Shown here: positions 11,802-23,901 of the stretch, in pieces
How positions within the stretch are numbered: the stretch's first letter is position 1
Layout of the letters: every line of letters starts with the position of its first letter
Assembly (NCBI GenBank): GCA_964016885.1
Contig: OZ024742.1
Location: forward strand, 122,326,001-122,390,000
Direction of reading: 5' to 3'
DNA from: Eledone cirrhosa
Lineage: Eukaryota
Length of the DNA stretch: 64,000 nucleotides
Made by a program: the position numbers and the translations under genes
The notes under the pieces: model-generated
What the model saw: only the letters and a program-made list of their open reading frames with translations
Databases searched by the model: none
Told to the model about the DNA's origin: nothing

Positions 11802-13954
11802 CACTGGTCAACAGAAAAATATTCATTTCATGGTTCTGGTATAAATTAGTATGATTCTAGTGTAATTAAGTTTGCTGAATCTGAATATGACAACGGTTAA
11901 GCTGTATCGGGTCTGGTTTTCGAGAACCAGCATATCCATGTTTATGACCCATAGCTATGCGACTCATATTATTTCATCCAATTGTATCCACTATATTTAG
12001 TTGTTAACTAATTTATACTTACTGCTTTTGTTTCAGATCACAGAATTGTAACTATCCTCAGCTATTCTTGGATAATTCACAACAACTTTGACTAGTGGGA
12101 GAGATGGAACACCGGAAATGTGTAAATGACCCGGACCGAATTTGCTATATTTGTGGACTCTTTACCCAGAAAGCATAAAGAAACCAATCACAAAATCAAT
12201 TTGAGTAAACTACAAATGCTACTTCAAATGTCCATTAGGAGACCAGGACAAGAAATGGGCACCTCATATAGCGTGTAGGTCATGTGTTAATAACCTAAGT
12301 GAATAGAAGAATGGGAAACGAAGCTCTGGTTTGCCATTTGCCGTATCAATGGTGTGGCAAGAACCAAAAGACCACAATAACGATTGCTACTTCTGCCATA
12401 TAACATCCAAGGAATAACTGTGAAGACACGAACTACACTTCAATACCCCGATATCTCGTCAGCAATCCGACCAGTACCTCACAGGGACGAATTACCTGTT
12501 CCAGTTCCACCTGATGACTATCAAGACTAACATGAGACAAGTGAAGGCATACCATTTAACCAGGAAGCTCTTCACGATCTCTTTAGAGACTTACATTTGT
12601 CTAAAGAAAAGGCACAGCTCCTGGGATCAAGACTGAAGCAACGAAACCTGCTGGAACCTGGCGTCCGCATTACAACCGCTCGTCATCGTCATAAACAACT
12701 TTCAGCATTTTTCAAAATGGAAAATAACCTTTGATATTGTCATACTGCAGATTCTCTCATGCAACAACTCTGTAAATCTGATTCATACAAACAAGATGAG
12801 TGGAGGTTGTTCATTGATTCAGGAAAAAATACTCTAAAAGCAGTCCTTCTCCACAATGGAAATCGGCTTCCCTTCGTACCAATTGCACACGCAACAAAGA
12901 TGACTCAGAATTATGAAACTATGAAGACTTTGCTTTCCTCAGTTCAGTACCAGAAGCACCAGTGGAAAATTTGTGGAGACCTCAAAGTAATTAGTCTACT
13001 TCTACGTCTTCAGACTGGTTACACAAAGCATATGTGTTTTTTGTTTGTGGAATAGTAGAACAGATGCGAAGCACTACATGAAGAAGGATTGGCCAACAAG
13101 ACCAAAGGATGCACCCGGTAGATTCAACTGTCTGTACAAACCTCTCGTGGATCTAGAAAAACTTTATTGAAAGCATGGATAATTCAGGTAATGTGTTTCA
13201 ATACTTGTGAAAATATTGGGTAGAGTGGTATCTGAAGCAAAGTTAAAAGCAGGGGTTTTGAATGGTCCTCAGATACGTATGCTGGTTAATGATAGTGACT
13301 TTACGAAAACACTAAACCCTTTGGCGGCTAATGTATGGAAATAATTTGTAGATGTGACACAAAACCTTTTTGGAAACCACCGTGCAGAAATTGTTGAAAC
13401 CATGATACAAAATTATCGCGCTCTGGGTTCACGAATGTCGTTGAAGCTTCACATCTTCCATTCTCATCTGGATTTCTATCGAAGTAATCTAGGAGACATC
13501 AGAGATGAACATGGAGAGAGGTTTCACCAGGACATTGCCATAATGGAGAGTAGGTATCAGGTCGGTTCAATCCCAACATGATCGGCGACTACTGCTGGAC
13601 ACTGCAACGTGAGGAGAGCCAGCAAAACAAGCATAAAAGCAAAATTCAAAATTTTTTTTAGAAATGTTTTCAAATATTTTGTTATGTTCAGAAATGTTTT
13701 GTTAATATACTGTGTTAAAAAAATAAATATAAATATGTTTATATATTTTTTATTAACAAGTTAATATGTTTATATCTAAGTCATCATATGTTACACAATG
13801 GATAAATAATGCAATACGAGGAACATATTTTCGATCTCATATTAAGGCATTCTGGTCTGATAGCAAAAATGAATATCAAAACTGAATTTAGTGCTATGAA
13901 ATTAGTAAGATGCACATATTCACATGTAAGAACCATTTTGGCTGTTGACCAGTG
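11802..13954 (+). mobile_element. Chapaev3-like (CMC superfamily) DNA transposon with pseudogenised transposase
   Basis: TIR CACTGGTCAACAG / CTGTTGACCAGTG flanked by TTA. Transposase from ATG 12104: CVNDPDRICYICG, WAPHIAC, WRLFIDSGKNTLKAVLLHNGN, ICGDLKV, MSLKLH, DEHGERFHQD, DYCW. Many stops and frameshifts. Family assignment is from recalled motifs. Confidence 0.8.
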
Positions 13955-13987
13955 TTATTAATATTCGAAAAACTCAGATTACATTTG

Positions 13988-14101
<114 letters not shown>

Positions 14102-14139
14102 GTGTATGTGTGTATATGTGTATATGTGTGTATATGTGC

Positions 14140-14201
<62 letters not shown>

Positions 14202-14203
<2 letters not shown>

Positions 14204-14936
14204 TAATATGTATGTGATGAAACACAGATACCAACACATCTGTATATATATTGCAAAGAAAAATTTAGCCAGATTGAAGTACTAATTATTATACTACAGT
14301 TTGTCCATATCGATTTAAAATAATAAATCAACGAAGACGAACTGTATTGCCAAGAGGCCGTGATGTTTAGACACATTTAAATTTCAAAATCAAACCTGTT
14401 CCGTAGATAAGTTTAAACTTTAAGATCCAAATATGTTTCGAGTTAAATAAGTGTAGGAATATCATGTCCTGCTCTCCTCAGTAAACATCCAGAGACAAAT
14501 TGATATGCTTCACTTCTAAATAATTTAAAAGACTGCGTGACGCACATGGTTTTACAGTATCTAACTAGTCTCATAACCGTACTGCTAGAAATAACAGTCG
14601 TATATATGAGGCGGCTTGCAGCTCAAACTAGGAGCAGTTAAAATTAATAAGGTAATGAATTCTTTTACAATGGAATCAGCTCGAAGGAGGAAAATACCCC
14701 CTGAGCAGTGTATAGATTAATATGTATGTGATGAAACACAGATACCAACACATCTGTATATATATTGCAAAGAAAAATTTAGCCAGATTGAAGTATACTT
14801 CAATCTGGCTAAATTTTTCTTTGCAATATATATACAGATGTGTTGGTATCTGTGTTTCATCACATACATATTAATCTATACACTGCTCAGGGGGTATTTT
14901 CCTCCTTCGAGCTGATTCCATTGTAAAAGGATTCAT

Positions 14937-14944
<8 letters not shown>
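14202..14944 (-). repeat. Partial-tandem plus palindrome element with degenerate HHR, in (TA)n
   Basis: 14647-14795 and 14796-14944 form a loopless palindrome (149-bp arms, one mismatch seen). 14202-14281 is directly repeated at 14716-14795. Minus strand has CTGAGGA-GAG...CTC-GAAACATAT at about 14428-14481. Confidence 0.88.
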
Positions 14945-15020
<76 letters not shown>

Positions 15021-15568
15021 GTGTACATATATATATGTACGTATACATACAAACCTACTTACATTTAAGTAAGTGCCGTACTAAGAGTGAGAAAGGAAAT
15101 TTCGTTTCATTCTAATCCATTTATCGTTTTCGGTGTGCCCGGCCGACTGAACTCACTCGATATGCAAATTAGGCTGCTCAGCCGTTAATATGCATAAGGA
15201 AAGTATGTACTTTCAGACGTTCAACCATCTGGCAGAAAGGTATACGATGCTGACGATAGCTAATAAGCTTGAAACTAGTACATCGTTCCTGTGTCAGTGT
15301 TGAACAAAAAGGTGACGTGGTTGCCTAAACACCGTATGGCATAATTCGGGCTGTTTGTTTGTTTACAAACAAACAAACCGAGCATTATAATAAATGTTCG
15401 GTAAACCGATACGTGCATATATATATATGTGTGCATGTATGTATATATATATACATACTACTGTACGTTTGTATACCTATATGTATGTACGTATACATAC
15501 ATACCTACTTACATTTAAGTAAGTGCCGTAAAAGAGTGAGAAATGAAATTTCGTTTCATTCTATTCCA
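15021..15568 (+). mobile_element. Non-coding direct-repeat-flanked element with HHR (retrozyme or non-autonomous PLE-like)
   Basis: Direct repeats of about 100 bp at 15021-15119 and 15471-15568, an internal HHR, and (TA)n on both sides. Confidence 0.75.
15244..15286 (+). ncRNA. Type I minimal hammerhead ribozyme
   Basis: ACGATG-CTGACGA-T AGCT AATA AGCT T-GAAAC TA GTA-CATCGT: 6-bp stem I, stem II, palindromic ACTAGT stem III, GUA site. Confidence 0.85.
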
Positions 15569-15699
15569 CATATATATATATATATATATAAATATAGTTT
15601 AGGGATTTTAACGTCAAGTTACTGTTGATTCACTACGTGAGCACTCGATGTGATAGAAGTTCTCACCACTTTTCAAATTATTACTGACTGTAGCGTTCT

Positions 15700-16225
15700 T
15701 TGAACATGACGAAAATTGCTCAAGACAAAACCATCTACATCATTTGCGATAACTGTCTGCCATCATTTAGGAAGGCAGAGGATTCCATTCCTGTAGAATT
15801 TGTTCTTAACGTAATCAGTTGATTATGCGATGGTAGGAGAGGAGAGAAGTCACAGCTGCCGCTGCCGCACAACATTTTCGATTACAGTCGGTCAGATTGT
15901 AGACCCACCATTGCTCCATCTTGGACATCTTCCCTGTTGCAAGTCATTGTACTCAATGACTCAAGCACTTAGGAGATTTGACGTGATACCTGCCTGCCAT
16001 GTGTCGGCTTCCATCAGCTCACGCTGTTGCTAGTCACTGAAGTAGGATGGTCGTCTTGCGCAAGGGTGATCTTCAAGTCTATAATCATCGGAATGAAAGC
16101 ATAGGAACGAGTCCCTGTCACTGCGTTTAGACAGGGTGTGTCACCCACATTCGTTGTTAATACGGCAACTCGCTGCTACTGCACTTAGGCCAGACTTGAA
16201 GACATGAAGTGAACAGCTATAAATA
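15700..16225 (-). mobile_element. Internally deleted mariner transposase remnant
   Basis: N-terminal FKSGLSAVAASCRIN...FHSDDYRLEDHPCARRP joined to C-terminal FYRNGILCLPK*WQTVIANDVDGF. Confidence 0.65.
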
Positions 16226-16521
16226 AAATATTTGGATAGATTCATGTTGCTTCCTATTTGTCGGCGTAACAGAAAATGAGAAATGCATATAGTGCACACC
16301 AACGGCACTCCTTATAAATGGGCGCATGCACAACCAGCAATATTTCCCGAAAACTCCATCAAAATACCTCCTTTTGAAAAAGAGCGGGAACTTTCTCTCC
16401 AACACAATATACATGTACGTGTATATGCATACATTTGTCTCTCCCACTCTCTCACTTTCTCTCTATATATATACATATATATATCATATATATATATATA
16501 TGCATATATATATATATATAC

Positions 16522-16566
<45 letters not shown>

Positions 16567-16591
16567 TACACACACACATATATATATATAC

Positions 16592-16719
<128 letters not shown>

Positions 16720-18139
16720 ATGTATATAAGGGACAGGTAAAAATAATGTGAAGGAGAGGCATGCTATGAGGAAAATTATTAAAATGGATTTTAGTTTTTA
16801 TCTTATTATATATTTCCTATCGTTGATGCAATGTAAAGAAAACGACAGGACGGAATATTTGCGTAAAGACTGTCTATGTACTAATATGGATCATCGATAT
16901 AGGAAAAGAGGGGAGATATGGAGAAAGAGAAGACATTCTATCTATATATTCATCGGGAGAGAGCAATTATGGTAGAAAAGTGTGTGAAAAAGGGAGGAGA
17001 CTATGGGGTAAAGAAGGAAAACATAGATTTAGAAAAATGAAATGGTTTCGGAAGTAAGAAAAAATGGAAAGAAGAAAGCGATAAAGAGAGTAAAGATAAA
17101 GACAGAACATGTAAAATAGAAAGTCTATAAAATAGAAGGAAAGATGGATAGAAAGAAATAGTAGGGCAAAGAGGAGTTTCGGAACAACTGCTCGTAAAAT
17201 GAAGAGAATTGTGTATATAAAGTTGAAGAGAAGGAGAACGTGTGATTGAGGAATAGTTAAAGAAAGGGAGATGGGGATTATGAACAATGTGAGTTAATAT
17301 AAGAACATAGTAGCTAAAATAGAATATGGGTGATTGGTAATCGTAAAATGGAAGCCAGGCTTGGTATCAAAGAGTAGAATGTTATTTTAATGTTAGTGTT
17401 ACGGAGATGGGGAAGACATGGCACAAAATACTGTCTGTGAAGTGAAGAAAGGATTGATATAGTGGAAAAGAAGAAGGAGGGGTAGGGGAGACTTTTTGTT
17501 GCAATAACAAATGACCAGTCTCTAATGTAATATTACTGGTGGTTGACCGAGTTTCAGATTAGCAGTATCAAAAAGAAAGGAAAAATACTGTTAGAAATAA
17601 CGATTAATTTATGATGCTTATTTCCTTTAGTTTCTCTGTAATAGAATAAAAATAAATATTCCCAATTGTTGATAGTATAATCAAAGCAGGCGAAGAAACA
17701 AATCATATTAATATATTGTAAAAAGTAAAGATATGTATCAATTGGCGTATATTAACGTATATATGTATTGTGGAGATGTGTACAGTGAAAAATAAATTCA
17801 GATGTTAGTGAAGGCTACGCAGTCTAATATGATAATATAAAAGATTAAATACAAGCGTTGATGTTAGTGAAACTATATAGCATAATGAACGATGTTATGA
17901 TAAAATCAGTCGCCGATGTTACATTGCTATATACTGCAATAAAATATAAAACAAACAAAACAAACAAGAAAATACACTCGGAAAATAAAGTCATTCGGTT
18001 AACAATGTTCTGTGGAATAACTCAAATAAATAATCATCGAGTGTGCGTAGGCAGTAGATTAAATGTAAATGACTGTAGATAGTAAGAAGTAATATTTAGA
18101 AACTAAGTATTACTGAGAAATATATGTAAGTGTGCCGAA

Positions 18140-18290
18140 TAATGCGAATTGGTAGAGTCCTTAGAACGTCGGATAGAATGCTTTGCGGTAGTCGCTTCGG
18201 TTCTCTGAGATCAGATCTCGCCGAGGTCAACTTTACCTTTCATCCATTCGAGGTAGATAAAAAAGCACCAGTCTAGTACTAGAGTCGGTT
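18140..18290 (+). mobile_element. Diverged SINE
   Basis: CGCCGAGGTCAACTTTACCTTTCATCCATTCGAGGTAGATAA central domain. Confidence 0.7.
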
Positions 18291-20349
18291 CTTCTATCTC
18301 TCTCTTTCTTACTTCAATTCTTTCATTCTCTATCCATTAGTTTATTAAAACGACTTGATCACAGATTTTCAAATATTGTTAGTGTGTTTATTGAAAAGAA
18401 ATTATTACATTCCTAGTTACGTTGCTCCTTTCATTGTTGATGCGTGAAAATTACATATGTCTTGGGTAGACTCAGTAAAAATAGGCTGCAACCATAAGGA
18501 ATTCTGCCTGTCTCCCTTAGTTTAGCATAGACTCCAGCTCTCAATACACTTAAAAATACTCATCGGTGAAGCTTCTAAAACACTTTAAAGAATAAGGATT
18601 TCAGGATTAGGACCAAAATTTAATCTATATAAATGTTGTTTGCAGCATTTCAATTCATAATTCAAATCAGCACAGATCTGATTCTACGAATGTTTTTTCT
18701 TTCACTTCGACCCTGTTGCCAGATCCCAGCAGTACAATTCAATGTCACAGTATATTTTGTCGTCCTTAATTGAAGGCATTAACTCATCGATGTACGAACC
18801 TATTAAGTCGCTAAACTATCTAGAGACAACAGCTAGTGTTCCCATTTAAATCCCACCCAATCGTCTCATCAGAAGAAAGGATTCATTGAAAAAATGAGAA
18901 CATGAGATAGTTGAATAAGAAAATGATGAAATGATATCTGACACTTATTTGATTCCCGGTCCTTTGGGTGGGGGTCTAAACCACAACATCGTCTCACGAA
19001 TGTTTGAATTATATCATTATATGAATGAAAACAATGTATGGTTAAAGTTCAGTAACCTTAGCATTTTTGTTGGTAGAAAAGGGCATGTGGAGAGTATTGT
19101 GTCAAATGTTGGAATGACGTTGGTATTGGTATTCCGCTGGCATTTAAATATAATATATAAGAAATAAGAGTTATTGCATAAACCTTGAGAACTAGCGACT
19201 ATGACATCTGAGATTTAATACACACTAATTACTTCTTTTGAAGTCATTAACACGTATTAAATCATAAATATCTTAGATAAATAGAACATATATTACACCA
19301 ATGAATGTATCAGCTGTAATATTAGTTGTTGTACTAGATTTTATAGCAAAAGTCGCACCGCAATCATTACAATACTGCTTTATTTATGGCATTCATGGAC
19401 ATTTAATTTCGCAAATACTGTAATACATATCTCTGACTGTCTATTTGTCTAAGTTATATATATTAAAAAAATATAAATCAGTTATTTCGATTTTTACATT
19501 AAAATGAATTCTGCCCAAGAGAAAATAAAGGAATGAATGAATAAATAAATACATTTCTTCGCATTAACGAACAAAAGGTTGCAGTTCATTTTGTATAACT
19601 GGTTTATAAATGAAATTTCCTGAAACATATCTTTTTACTAAACACACGTCGGAAACCTATCCTTTCTTCATTAAATTATGAACAAATGTAATAAATAAAA
19701 ATGCCAATATGAACAGAACTCTTAGTAGCAGGTTTTCAAATCAGAATCTATAGGATTTATCACGTATTGAATATTAGATCTTTTTAGTACATAATAGATG
19801 AGATTTGTTATATTTGCTCTGTAGCCCAAGAATATGCTTGAACAAGCATTTCAGCCCTGACTATCCAATCATTATATACGTTTACTTCTTTTACTGGTTT
19901 CAGACATTAAATAATGGCCCGATTGTGTGGTGGTGCTGACGGTGTGTGTGTGTGTGAGTGTGTAAGCCGGTGTGTGTCATTCTCTTCAGATATCATTCCT
20001 TTCAAATGATGCTGGGGATATTAATGTTACAAGAGAAATTCCGGTTGACTTTAGGTTCATATTGCAACCGGCTTGTGCCACTCTTTTCTTTCCAGACATT
20101 ATATCTACACATTATTCCGGCTACATATATAATTACTTCAACTATGTAACTTATAATTTAGTTTACGTCTTGCTGATGTCTTTGATCTTTCCCTTACAAA
20201 CATCTGACACAGCCGTGTTAAAATATTTTCTGATTTTATTTCTCTATCTTTGGAATCACTCTTAGGCTATACATGTTAAGATCAATACCAGCGAAATAGG
20301 GCACTGATCATCGTGCAAGAATGTACGATATCTTTAAAAATCTAAAGTA

Positions 20350-20612
20350 TGTCTAGAGCCCGGTGGCTCATCAGGTCACTGCTTACTCCGGTTTTCGTGG
20401 GGTGAATCGGCTGTGAGTACGAGACTCTTCCCAGGAGAAAATGCCCTTTCATCATACGGTTAAACCTCCAGCTCTTGCTAGTACTCATTTTCAGCTGAGT
20501 ATACTGCAGCAACATCAAATGAAGTGTTTTGTCCAAGAACACAACAAGACTAGGAATTAAACCCACGACATTATGATCGTAAGTACAACCACTACGGCAT
20601 ACGCATCCACCA
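20350..20612 (-). mobile_element. Second SINE family (tRNA head); related copies near 48310-48410 and 61290-61545
   Basis: Shared blocks ccggttttcgtgg, gttttg..caagaacacaac and aacccacgacattatgatcgta across the loci; the minus strand has a B-box-like GGGTT(C/T)RATTCC. Confidence 0.7.
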
Positions 20613-21464
20613 TGTCACAACTCCCCAACTAAAAGCGTATATCACCGCGATAATTGTGTCTTGGACAATTTCATAAATTTCGTTATTTACTATTATAATT
20701 CCTTACTTGGGCTTTGTCGACCAACTAGAGTCATTTTTAATTTGACCCATTCCATATTTTCAGTCAGTCCATTTGTTATTGTAATCTTCATTTGGTGTTC
20801 ATGCGACTTCTTCATATCCACACGCACCTCCTTGGCATTTGCATCATTCAGAAATATGGCTCTTGGTTTTCCTTCATTTACGCCATTGCGTTGTGCTTTC
20901 TCGCCATTTTTGAGGAAAGTATCACAGTGCAAATTGAATGTATGATGTTAAGAGTATTAGAAATGAAACACAAACCCTGGGTATGCCGTCATGCGTACTT
21001 GCTGCCAAACATATGTGACAGATTATGGAAGCATCTTGTATACGACCATCAGAAGAAGTATATAATAAAACATTAGAGTATTATAGAATAATTCATAATA
21101 CTTACACCTTAAAAAATTTGCATGAATACATGGGAGATTTATATATTTACATATTTACTATATGCAATTTACAGAAATTAGTTTGTAACAACGTTTACTG
21201 TCCGGTGTTAAAAGTGAAGACAGTAATTCTAAAAGTACACATAGGAAAAGATCAATCAATATTTATTAAATATGTATAGCATAAAACTCTTTTATTTTTT
21301 GCCAGATCATTTTAGTTTATTGTAGTATTCAAAATATATTCTTAAGGAAAGATATCTATGAACTAATTATACACCAAAATATAGTGCGTGAATATTCTTC
21401 GGTTACACAATAACAGAACTTGTGTATAATAAAGAAAAAATATATATACAGTATTATTATTATT

Positions 21465-22638
21465 CTTTGAGTCTCAGTCATTGATATTGATTTAACTGGA
21501 AAGTTTGTTCAGATGAACATTAAGCCGCTACCTGTAGCATCAGATATTCAGGACGTATCGGAGGGTTCTTTTTGTTCCCAGTAAGCCTACTTTTTGAAGT
21601 ATTTTTAATCATCCTTGAAAACTCTTTGAGATAATACATAGTGTTCCTATGACAATCGAGACGACCTTGATCTCATGACAGTCTCAAATCCTTTTAACTC
21701 CAACTTTAAATCCTGGTATCGGTTAATTTTCTCCTTCTCCTTTTCTTGCACACCTGTGTCAAATTGGCGATTATTTTTCCTTGTCAAAAACCACCAGGTC
21801 AGGCCTATTGTGTTCTAATTTCTTGTCCGTCTGTAACCTAAAATCCCATAGCACCTTCATTGATCGCTTTCCGTCACCGACTCTGTCTTATGCTCATACC
21901 ACTTATCAGAATGTGGTAAACTGTTTACTTTACATAGGTGCCAGTGAATCACCTTTCCTATCATATCATGTCTCCAGCCTTTATAGTGGGTATAGGCTAG
22001 GTGTTTACACTCGGATACAATGTGAGCCACGGTCTCCTCACTCTCTCCACAGATCCTACACGGAGAGCTAAGCTCCTTCTTGTCAATATGGTGTTTCACC
22101 CACTTCGTTCTGAGGGCCTGCTCTTGTGCAGCCATTAGCATTCCTTCTGTAGCTTTTTAAAGGTCTCTTCTTTTTAACCAGTTCCATGTCTGTGGATCTA
22201 TGAATTCTGTTTTCTTAAAGAAGGTGCTATGAGGGGATTTTTCATGAATGCTGGTCACTAGACCTTTTTACTGCCTGCAAAAGGCCTTCCAGTTCGTCCT
22301 TATCTTTGCAATATAGCTTCAAATCATCCATATAAAATAGGTGGTTTATTTTTTTGTTGTCAATTCTATAACCGTACCCTGTTCTATTAAGCTCGGATGT
22401 AAGGGGTATTAAAGCTATGCAGAAAAGCAATTGGAGATTTGTGTTCCATAATGACATATTGTGCGTCAGGAAGTTTGAGATCACAGGAGAGATTTTGAAG
22501 ATGTCCAGTGATTTCAGAATCCATGAGTTTGGTATGCTGTCAAAGGTTTTTTTATAATCGATCCATACAGAACTGAGATTTCTGTGTTTATTATGACAGT
22601 TCTCAGGGATCATACGATTAATCAAAAGTTGATTTTCT
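21465..22638 (-). mobile_element. R4/Dong-clade (RLE) non-LTR fragment with internal deletion
   Basis: RT WIDYKKTFDSIP and HLFYMDDLKLY joined to CCHC CRICGESEETVAHIVSEC, RHD and RLE. The 3' end abuts (TAA)n. Confidence 0.88.
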
Positions 22639-22657
22639 TCTTATTATTATTATTGTT

Positions 22658-23663
22658 CTTTGAGTCAGAGTCATTGATGTTAGTTAACTGGAAAATTTGT
22701 TGAAATGAATATCAAGCCACTACCTGCAGCCTCAGATATTCAGGACGTATCGGAGGGTTCTTGTTGTTCCCAGCAAGCATGCCCTTTGAAGCATTCCAAA
22801 AAGCGTGTCGGGGCCAATTTTCTTTAACCATCCCTGGACACTTTTTGAGATAGTACCTAGTGCGCCTATGACAATCGGGACCACTTTGACTTCAAGGCAG
22901 TTCCAAATCCTTTTTACCTCCCACTTTATGTCTTGGTATCGGTTAATTTTCTCCCTGTCCTTCTCTTGCACTCTCGTGTCAAATGGGCAGGCCACATCCA
23001 CAATCAGGCACGATCTTTTTTCATTGTCCAAAACCACCACGTCAGGTCTATTGTGTTCCAGTTTCTTGTCCGTCTGTATCCTAAAATCCCACAGCACCTT
23101 CACCTGATCGTTTTCTATCACCGCCTCTGGCTTATGCTCATACCACTTCTCAGAATGTGGTAAATTGTTTACTTTGCATAGGTGCCAGTGGATCACCCTG
23201 CCTATCACATCATGTCTCCAGCCTTTATAGTGAGTCTGGGCTAGGTGTTTACACTCGGATACAATGTGAGCCACAGTCTCCTCTCTCTCTCAACACATCC
23301 TGCACAGTGGGCTAGCCTCCTCCTTGTAAATATGGTGTTGCAGCCACTTCGTTTTGAGGGCCTGCTCTTGCGCAGCCATTAGCATTCCTTCTGTAGCCTT
23401 TTTAAGGTCTCCTCTTTTCAACTAGTTCCATGTCTGTGGATCTCTGAATTCAGTTTTCTCAAAGAAGGTACTATGAAGGTATTTTTCATGAAGGCAGCTC
23501 TTTCACCTTGTTGTTATTTCCTCCTTGGACATCCCCTGGTCTTTTGTCTTCTCCTTCAGTACAATTCTGAGTATTGGCTCCTTACTATCAGTCACTTATT
23601 TGTGTAGGTTGTTTTTCTCCATCTTAATACATGCTTATAAGACCTCTTCCACCTTCAGATTTC
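22658..23663 (-). mobile_element. R4/Dong-clade (RLE) non-LTR 3' fragment
   Basis: AAQEQAL, CCHC, RHD, WDFRIQTD...NRPDVVV...DVACPFD...EKINRY...PIVIGALG. Both ends lie in (TAA)n. Confidence 0.92.
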
Positions 23664-23901
23664 CTATTATTATTATTATTATTATTATTATTGGCGACCT
23701 ACGTAGGAAATCGTATTATCGTGAGCTCCACAAAGGTTTGTTATTTCCGTTTGTTTAAAAATTGCCATTTATGGAAAATTTTATTGTAAACTGTTTATAA
23801 GCACACATACATTGTTTTCCGAAAAGGACACCCAAAAAGATTGGGGCCTTGTGCCCAAAATTTTAACTTTTATTATTATTCAAAAATTTCTTTGAAAAAA
23901 A

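Larger units (their letters stand above)
11291..13986 (-). repeat. HHR-bearing fold-back element in (TA)n, interrupted by a SINE and a DNA transposon
   Basis: Arms 11326-11357 plus 11484-11620 versus 11663-11801 plus 13955-13986 are reverse complements. A 35-nt tail (11291-11325) abuts (TA)n. Confidence 0.88.

Noticed and set aside
20693-20932. 79-aa hydrophilic ORF that might be a terminal host exon
   Set aside because: In-frame stop just upstream, no clear splice acceptor and no recognisable homology.
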